From NCBI GenBank assembly GCA_035358715.1, contig DAOPPX010000003.1, positions 14,300 through 78,299 on the forward strand: 64,000 nt of DNA, read 5' to 3'. Each line of letters begins with the position of its first letter. Positions within the stretch are counted from its first letter, which is position 1. The translations under genes were made by a program, and so were the position numbers. Below the pieces are notes generated by a model. The model worked only from the letters and a program-made list of their open reading frames with translations. It was not told the DNA's origin and did not search any database. Shown one piece after another: positions 57,834 to 64,000 of the stretch. The stretch comes from Verrucomicrobiota bacterium. Lineage in GTDB: Bacteria; Verrucomicrobiota; Verrucomicrobiia; Limisphaerales; UBA8199.

Positions 57834-58697
57834 ATGTCTCAATATCGCGTTGGCATCATTGGCGGCAGCGGGCTGTATCACATCGAAGGCTTTACCCGCC
57901 AGAAATGGGTCAGGGTCAAGACGCCCTTCGGCCCGCCTTCGGATGATTTTCTCACGGGCCAACTGGCCGGGCGGGAGGTGGTTTTTCTGCCCCGGCATGG
58001 GCGGGGCCACCGGATTCTGCCCAGCGAGTTGAATCACCGCGCCAACTTCTGGGCCTTGAAGAAGCTGGGCGTGGCCTGGGCCATCAGTGTGAGTGCCGTG
58101 GGTTCCCTCCAGACCCGATACCGGCCCTGCGACATCGTGCTGCCGGACCAATTCCTCGACCGCACCAAACAAACCTCGGCGCATAGCTTCTTTGGCCGTG
58201 GCATTGTCGGGCATATCGCCTTCGCGCACCCCATTTGCGAGGAACTGCGGCAGCTTCTGCTGAAAGCCGCGCGGGCGCTCAAGGCGCGCGTCCACGACGG
58301 CGGCACTTACGTCAACATGGAAGGGCCGGCTTTCAGCACGCGCGCCGAGTCGTTCACCAACCGCAAGCTCGGCTACGACGTCATCGGCATGACCAACCTT
58401 GGGGAGGCCAAATGCGCGCGGGAAGCCGAGATTGCCTACGCCACGATGGCAATGATCACCGATTACGACTGCTGGAAGGAGGACGAGGCACACGTCACCG
58501 TGGAGATGGTGATCGCCAACCTCAAGAAGAACGCCGCGATGGCCAAGGCGATCGTCGCCAAGGCGCTGCCGCGGATTCCCACCGAGCCTGACTGGCCCTG
58601 CCACGACGCGCTCAGGAACGCCATAATGACCGACCGGAAATGCTGGCCCGCCAGAACCATTCGCGAGCTGGGGCCGATCTTGCGCAAGTATCTTTGA
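57834..58697 (+). CDS. mtnP: S-methyl-5'-thioadenosine phosphorylase
   Basis: GIIGGSG, TPFGPPS, FLPRHG, EGPAFSTRAES, IGMT, TDYDCW. Confidence 0.93.
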   Translation: MSQYRVGIIGGSGLYHIEGFTRQKWVRVKTPFGPPSDDFLTGQLAGREVVFLPRHGRGHRILPSELNHRANFWALKKLGVAWAISVSAVGSLQTRYRPCDIVLPDQFLDRTKQTSAHSFFGRGIVGHIAFAHPICEELRQLLLKAARALKARVHDGGTYVNMEGPAFSTRAESFTNRKLGYDVIGMTNLGEAKCAREAEIAYATMAMITDYDCWKEDEAHVTVEMVIANLKKNAAMAKAIVAKALPRIPTEPDWPCHDALRNAIMTDRKCWPARTIRELGPILRKYL

Positions 58698-58802
58698 CTG
58701 AACGGCGGCGCGGCGGAGTGGCGCGCTGCCGCCCACTCGCAGTGCGCGGCGGATGCGGCGGCAGCTTGACCGGTCCGGGCCAGGCGTTAATATCACAGCG
58801 TT

Positions 58803-59186
58803 ATGCCAAAGAAGACTGTCATCAAGCCTGCCAAGTCCGCTCCCGCGGTCGGGCCTTACAACCACGCTGTGCGCGTCGGCGACCTGCTGTTCTGCGCCGG
58901 CCAAATCCCCATTGATCCAGCCACCGGCAATCTCGTTTCCGGCGGCATCCAGGCCCAGACCGACCGCGTCCTGCAGAACGTCAAAGCCATTCTCGACGAT
59001 CAGGGGTTGAGCTTCGCCCATGTCGTCAAGAGCACCGTCTTCCTGACGAACCTGGCGGACTTTGCCGGGATGAACGAGGTCTATGCCAAATCCTTCACGG
59101 CGGATTTTCCGGCGCGCTCGACCATCCAGGTGGCCGCGCTCCCCAAAGGCGCCAGTGTGGAGATCGAGGTCGTTGCCCATTACTGA
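58803..59186 (+). CDS. ridA: RidA family imine deaminase
   Basis: APAAVGPY, PARSTIQVAALPKGASVEIE. Confidence 0.92.
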   Translation: MPKKTVIKPAKSAPAVGPYNHAVRVGDLLFCAGQIPIDPATGNLVSGGIQAQTDRVLQNVKAILDDQGLSFAHVVKSTVFLTNLADFAGMNEVYAKSFTADFPARSTIQVAALPKGASVEIEVVAHY

Positions 59187-59221
59187 GCCGGCGGCTGACC
59201 ATCGGCGATCACAGACACCAC

Positions 59222-60583
59222 ATGTCCACTGAAGTTGCCCTGCTGATCGGCGCGGCCGGCGGAATTCTAGTCGGCTTTGCGCTCGGCTGGTTGTATCGCC
59301 GGGGCCAAGGCAGCGCCGCGGATGACCGGCTGGCGAACGAACTGCGGCAACAGTTGGCGCAGCGCGAGGGGGACTTGGCCAAAGTGCGGGAGCAGTTGAC
59401 CCGCACCAGTGAGACAGCCGCCGAGGCGAAGGCGAAACAGGAAGCCGGGGAGAGCCTGCTTAAGGACCAGCGCATGCTATACGAGCGCGCGATGGCTGAA
59501 GCCAGGGCAGCGCAAGAGAAGGCACTGGCGGATTTGCGCGAGGCATTCCAGGCGTTGAGCGCGGAGGCGTTAAAGCGGACCGCGCCGGAATTCCTGCGCC
59601 TGGCGGAGCAGAGCTTCGGCAAGTTCCAGGAGACGGCCAAGGGCGATTTGGCCCAGCGACAGGAGGCAATCAAGACGCTGGTCGAGCCGCTCAAGCAGCA
59701 ATTGGGTACTTACCAGCAGCGGCTGCAGCAGGCTGAGGCAACGCAAGCCGGCACGCTGGGAGAGGTCAAAAGGCAGCTCGAAGCGCTGGCGCAGCAAAGT
59801 CACGCGCTGGCGCAAGAGACACAGCAGTTCCGCGCGGTGCTGCAGTCCGGCCCGGCGCGCGGGCGCTGGGGCGAGGAGACGTTGCGGCGAGTAGTCGAGT
59901 CTGCGGGCATGAGCGCGCATTGCGATTTCAGCGAACAAACCAAGGAAGGCGAGTCCAAGCCAGACCTGGTGGTGCGGTTGCCCGGCGAACGGCTGATCAT
60001 CGTGGATGCGAAGGTGCCAGACCTCGATTTCCTCAGCGCGCTGGAAGGCGCCGACGCCACACGGCGTGCGGAGTCACTGGCCGCGCACGCGGCGAAGCTC
60101 AAGGCGACCATCAAGGCGCTGGCGGAGCGGGATTACCCAAGCCAGTTTCCCAACGCGCTGGATTACGTGGTGCTGTTCCTGCCGGCGGAGTCGCTCTTCA
60201 GCGCCGCGCTGGAAGGGGACCGGGAACTGATCGTGTGGGCGGCCCAGAAACGCATCCTGCTGACGACCCCGGCGTCTCTGATCGCTCTGCTGCGGTCGGT
60301 GAGCGTAAGCTGGCAGCAGCACGCGCAGACGGTCAACGCGCAGAAGATCGCCGAGGCGGCGCAGGAGCTCTACGCGCGCGTGGTGAAGTTCACCGAGCAC
60401 TTCGAGAAGATCCGGGCGGGGCTGGGGCGCGCCAACGACGCTTTCAACGAAGCGGCAGCCAGTTTCCAGACGCGCGTGCGTCCCGCCGGCGAACGCTTGG
60501 CCGAGCTCGGAGGAGGGACCCCGGGCAAGGAACTGGCCGATGTGCAGCCGCTGGACTCCGCCCTGCACTCGCCGGCGGGATAA
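59222..60583 (+). CDS. rmuC: DNA recombination protein RmuC
   Basis: N-terminal TM helix, coiled coil, RGRWGE, KPD, IIVDAK, YVVLFLPAE. Confidence 0.93.
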   Translation: MSTEVALLIGAAGGILVGFALGWLYRRGQGSAADDRLANELRQQLAQREGDLAKVREQLTRTSETAAEAKAKQEAGESLLKDQRMLYERAMAEARAAQEKALADLREAFQALSAEALKRTAPEFLRLAEQSFGKFQETAKGDLAQRQEAIKTLVEPLKQQLGTYQQRLQQAEATQAGTLGEVKRQLEALAQQSHALAQETQQFRAVLQSGPARGRWGEETLRRVVESAGMSAHCDFSEQTKEGESKPDLVVRLPGERLIIVDAKVPDLDFLSALEGADATRRAESLAAHAAKLKATIKALAERDYPSQFPNALDYVVLFLPAESLFSAALEGDRELIVWAAQKRILLTTPASLIALLRSVSVSWQQHAQTVNAQKIAEAAQELYARVVKFTEHFEKIRAGLGRANDAFNEAAASFQTRVRPAGERLAELGGGTPGKELADVQPLDSALHSPAG

Positions 60584-60726
60584 GCGCCCGGTGCGTTCCG
60601 AATTCCCGAGCGGCGGTTCGGGCGCTCGTCAATCCACCCAGGGTCTGAGCCGGCCCCGCGGCCCGCGCGCGCCTCCCGGCCCGCTTTTGGCTTGGCAACT
60701 GGACCTCTTGTCCTACCCTTGGTTTC

Positions 60727-61542
60727 GTGATTCATCCAACCGCGATTATTCATCCCCACGCAAAGCTGGATGGGACTGTGCAAGTGGGACCCTTTGCGGT
60801 CATTGATGAGGCCGTGGAAATCGGCCCGCATTGCGTTGTCGGCTCCCATGTCTATCTGACGGGGGTGACCTTTATCGGTGCGCATAACCGTTTCTACGCC
60901 GGCTGCGTGATCGGGGAGGCGCCGCAGGACCTGAAATACAACGGCGAGCCCACCGTCGTGCGGATTGGCGACCACAACGTGTTCCGCGAGCACGTGACTG
61001 TGCACCGGTCCAACCATGCACCGGAGGAGACGGTGATTGGCTCCCGGGGCTTCTATATGGCCAATTGCCACGTCGCGCACAACTGCCGCCTGGGCGATTC
61101 CGTCATCCTCGCCAACGGCGTGCTGCTGGGCGGCCACGCGAGCGTGGACGACCGCGCGTTCCTGTCGGGCAATTGCCTCGTCCACCAGTTTGTGCGCGTT
61201 GGCACGCTGGCCATGATGCAGGGCGGGGCGGCCCTCAGCAAAGACCTGCCGCCTTACACCGTGGCGCGCGGCGTAAACCAAATCTGCGGCCTGAACACCG
61301 TCGGCCTGCGGCGGGCCGGTTTGAGCCCGGCTGAGCGGCTGGAGCTTAGACAGCTTTACCACACCTTGTTCCGACAAGGGCGCAACCTGCCCGACGCGGT
61401 GGCTGAGGCGCGGAAGGAGTTCTCGAGCGCGCCCGCCAGAACAATGCTGGACTTCCTGGCGGCAGGCAGGCGCGGGGTCTGCCGCGAGGTGGGGGGGCGG
61501 AGGGGGGATTTGAGCTTTGACGAAGCTCCGGCAAGCGACTAG
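60727..61542 (+). CDS. lpxA: UDP-N-acetylglucosamine acyltransferase
   Basis: IHPTAII, PQDLKY, IREHVT-like 'FREHVTVHR', HVAHNC, VHQFVRVG hexapeptide repeats. Confidence 0.93.
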   Translation: MIHPTAIIHPHAKLDGTVQVGPFAVIDEAVEIGPHCVVGSHVYLTGVTFIGAHNRFYAGCVIGEAPQDLKYNGEPTVVRIGDHNVFREHVTVHRSNHAPEETVIGSRGFYMANCHVAHNCRLGDSVILANGVLLGGHASVDDRAFLSGNCLVHQFVRVGTLAMMQGGAALSKDLPPYTVARGVNQICGLNTVGLRRAGLSPAERLELRQLYHTLFRQGRNLPDAVAEARKEFSSAPARTMLDFLAAGRRGVCREVGGRRGDLSFDEAPASD

Positions 61543-62629
61543 GTTCTTGTTATTGATGAGCAATAGGCTTTCGCGTGTTCGGTTTTGGGTTGGGGCTGCG
61601 GCGTTGGTCATGGGCGTCTGGCTGGCCTGCAGCGCGCAAGCGGCTGGCCGCCAGCGGGGCCGGGCCATTCAATTCACGCCCTCCAAGAGCGACGAGGTTC
61701 TGACCAACCTGCACCAGCTAAGGAACAAGAAGGACAGCCTGAAGCGGTTGGAGGAGGACCTCAACGCGCCGCTGCAGAACTTCACGCCCCGGAGCTCCCT
61801 CGAAGGCGTTGTTGCCCCGCCGCCTCGTTCTGCAGCCCCGTCAGCAGTCCAGAGCAAGCGGGCGAAGGAACTGCTGGAGCGCCGCAAGAACTGGGTCTTT
61901 ATGACTCCGGACGAACTTCTCGGTGGCCCCACCGTGGAGCAAATCCTCCAGGCTCCCGATTACGGCGCGGACGGCCGGCTAGAGAAGGATTTGCCGGCCA
62001 TGGAAAGCTACTACGAGCGCCTGCTTCCCAAGCGCCCGGCCAAGAACATCATGGGCCAGGCGCAAACGGACGAGCTGTTCAGCCTGCCCAATAGGCCCAA
62101 CTCACTCGAGGCACCTGCAAACGATGACTCAGACCTTCCCGCCGGGATCCGAGAGAGCGCGGACGCGCTCCAGAACGCCTTCCGGTCGGATGACAACAGC
62201 TCTCCGTATTTTCGGAGCGCAACGGCCACCGATTTCTCCGATCCCTTTAGGCTCGGCGGCAGAGCGGCGCCCACCGAGCAGATGTTGGAGCACAAGAAAC
62301 GCATGGACGAGTATCGGGCCCTGGTGGACTCAAGTTGGCGCTCACCAGCAGGAGCGAACTCAGGCTTTTCGGCGCTCAGTCCTGGCGGCGCGGCACTTTC
62401 CACCGCAAGTCCCGCCAACAAGCTGCCTGGAGTTTCCACCCCGGAGTCACCGCGCGGGTTGGAAGCGCAGTTGAACATTCGTGAGCCTCTGCTTGGTCCG
62501 CCCGGGCTGCCCGATGTGAATGCGAAAGCTCTCGGCCAATCCAGGCCAACGCCAGTTGTGCCCAAGGTCCGGCAAACGAAAGTGGCGACCACCCAACCCG
62601 CGTATTTCGCGCCCAAGCGAGCTTTCTAG
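61517..62629 (+). CDS. Hypothetical exported Pro/Ser-rich protein
   Basis: 370-aa ORF with a signal-like hydrophobic segment. Confidence 0.6.
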   Translation: MTKLRQATRFLLLMSNRLSRVRFWVGAAALVMGVWLACSAQAAGRQRGRAIQFTPSKSDEVLTNLHQLRNKKDSLKRLEEDLNAPLQNFTPRSSLEGVVAPPPRSAAPSAVQSKRAKELLERRKNWVFMTPDELLGGPTVEQILQAPDYGADGRLEKDLPAMESYYERLLPKRPAKNIMGQAQTDELFSLPNRPNSLEAPANDDSDLPAGIRESADALQNAFRSDDNSSPYFRSATATDFSDPFRLGGRAAPTEQMLEHKKRMDEYRALVDSSWRSPAGANSGFSALSPGGAALSTASPANKLPGVSTPESPRGLEAQLNIREPLLGPPGLPDVNAKALGQSRPTPVVPKVRQTKVATTQPAYFAPKRAF

Positions 62630-62813
62630 CCGAATCTCCCGGTTCTGAAACCAGGCCGCAAGGTAATTCCAACACAGCCTGAGGACCGTTGCCCCGCAAC
62701 CGGGGCGCAACCGGCCTGCACTTCCAAAGCCCGTTGGCTTCCGCCAGCAGTCCGATTGGCCTGCCGCGCGCAACTTGTGCCCGTGCATCGCTCAGGCGTC
62801 GAGCAATGGCCGG

Positions 62814-64000
62814 TCAATGGGCGGAGGTCAGCACGAGCACCTGTTCCAGGGTGGAAATACCCTCCCGGGCCCGATCCAGCGCCACCATTCGGAGCGTGCG
62901 CATGCCCTGGCCAATGGCGATCTTGCCCATTTCGCGTGTGTTGGCGCGGGCGATGATGAGCTTGCGGATCTCGTCGGTGATAGTCATGGCTTCAATAATG
63001 GCCATGCGGCCGGAATAGCCGGAATCCTTGCACCGGTCACACCCCCGCCCTCGATACAGCGTGACACCATCGAAGATGCTCGGGTCAATGTTCAGGTCCT
63101 GGAACATCTTGGTCGGATAGGTCACAGGCTCTTTGCAGTGCGAGCAGATGCGGCGCATCAGGCGCTGCGCGCACGCGAGGATGACGGACGAGGAAATCAG
63201 GAACGGCGCGATGCCCATGTCGTCCAGGCGCGCAATGGCCCCAGGCGCGTCATTACAGTGCATCGTGCTCAGGACCTGGTGGCCAGTCAGCGCCGCCTCG
63301 ATGGCGATTTCAGCGGTCTCCGTATCCCGGATTTCCCCGATCATGATTATGTCGGGGTCCTGGCGAAGAATCGAACGGAGCGCGTTGGCAAAGCTCAGTC
63401 CGATCTCTTTCTTGGTCGGCACCTGGTTGATGCCCGGAATCTGGAACTCGACCGGGTCCTCGACGGTCACGATGTTATAGACCGGGTTGTTCAACTCGTT
63501 GAGGGCCGAATAGAGTGTCGTGGTCTTGCCCGAACCCGTCGGACCGGTGACCAGAATCAATCCGTGCGGGGCATCTACCGCGGCTTTGACCTGCTGAAAC
63601 GTGTCAGGATCGAGCCCGAGCTTGTCAATGCTCGCGGAGAGATTCGACTTGTCCAGGAGGCGCAGCACCACCTTTTCACCATGCACCGTGGGCATGATCG
63701 AAACCCGGAGGTCGTAGTCCTTCCCCCCCACGCGGATGCGCATGCGCCCGTCCTGCGGCAGGCGCCGCTCCGCAATGTCCAGGCTGCTCATGATCTTGAA
63801 GCGCGAGACCAAAGCCAGTTGCATCTGTTTGGGCGGCGCCGTCGCGTCCATCAAAACGCCATCAATGCGGTAGCGCAGCCGCAGCGTCTTATCGAATGGC
63901 TCGATATGCACGTCGCTGGCGCGGTCCTTGACCGCCTGAACCAGGATGAGGTTGGCGAGCTTGATGACCGGTGCCTCTTCGCTGGAAGCAGCCAGTTGGT
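62814..64000 (-). CDS. GspE/PilB secretion ATPase (continues beyond window)
   Basis: Upstream in-frame EAPVIKLANLIL...ASDVHIEP; RLPQDG, Walker A GPTGSGKTT, EDPVE, LRQDPD, GEIRD, zinc CxxC pairs. Confidence 0.95.
   Translation of the reverse strand, partial: QLAASSEEAPVIKLANLILVQAVKDRASDVHIEPFDKTLRLRYRIDGVLMDATAPPKQMQLALVSRFKIMSSLDIAERRLPQDGRMRIRVGGKDYDLRVSIMPTVHGEKVVLRLLDKSNLSASIDKLGLDPDTFQQVKAAVDAPHGLILVTGPTGSGKTTTLYSALNELNNPVYNIVTVEDPVEFQIPGINQVPTKKEIGLSFANALRSILRQDPDIIMIGEIRDTETAEIAIEAALTGHQVLSTMHCNDAPGAIARLDDMGIAPFLISSSVILACAQRLMRRICSHCKEPVTYPTKMFQDLNIDPSIFDGVTLYRGRGCDRCKDSGYSGRMAIIEAMTITDEIRKLIIARANTREMGKIAIGQGMRTLRMVALDRAREGISTLEQVLVLTSAH

Overview
GC-rich bacterial chromosomal window whose gene content points to Verrucomicrobiota (Pedosphaera/Limisphaera-like): PEP-CTERM protein, prepilin/H-X9-DG protein, many secreted proteins. 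This taxonomy is an inference. Housekeeping genes (aminotransferase, gltS, proB, mazG, aminopeptidase, LysR, cdd, PNP; later metH, galE, mtnP, ridA, rmuC, lpxA, gspE/pilB) flank an ~18 kb island array at tRNA-Arg(CCG), 15351-33459, marked by three copies of the 46-bp tRNA 3' end. Element 1 (att-to-att 7,664 bp) looks intact. It has a Tyr integrase with ACCAGAACA arm sites at both ends, a coiled-coil/wHTH protein, a serine recombinase, secreted cargo and a candidate rod-like ncRNA. It also has a compact wHTH + PolA/T7-RNAP-like protein bracketed by a convergent 30-bp inverted repeat (29/30 identical), which is the most intriguing signal. The remaining ~10.4 kb is a collapsed mosaic with three abrupt junctions. 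One part is a defence island (integrase fused to HEPN, DUF1156 methylase, DUF499 ATPase, SIR2). The other is a sibling of element 1 with a catalytically eroded polymerase-like copy and a DUF3102-DUF4338(DruA-like) fusion. Also present: a 2540-aa M6 metalloprotease with a 750-bp internal tandem duplication, three sequence-distinct REP/REPIN-like palindromes, a two-copy ~167-bp extragenic element, and heptamer repeats in-frame within metH. No CRISPR array or rRNA was seen. All family assignments come from motif recognition, not database searches.
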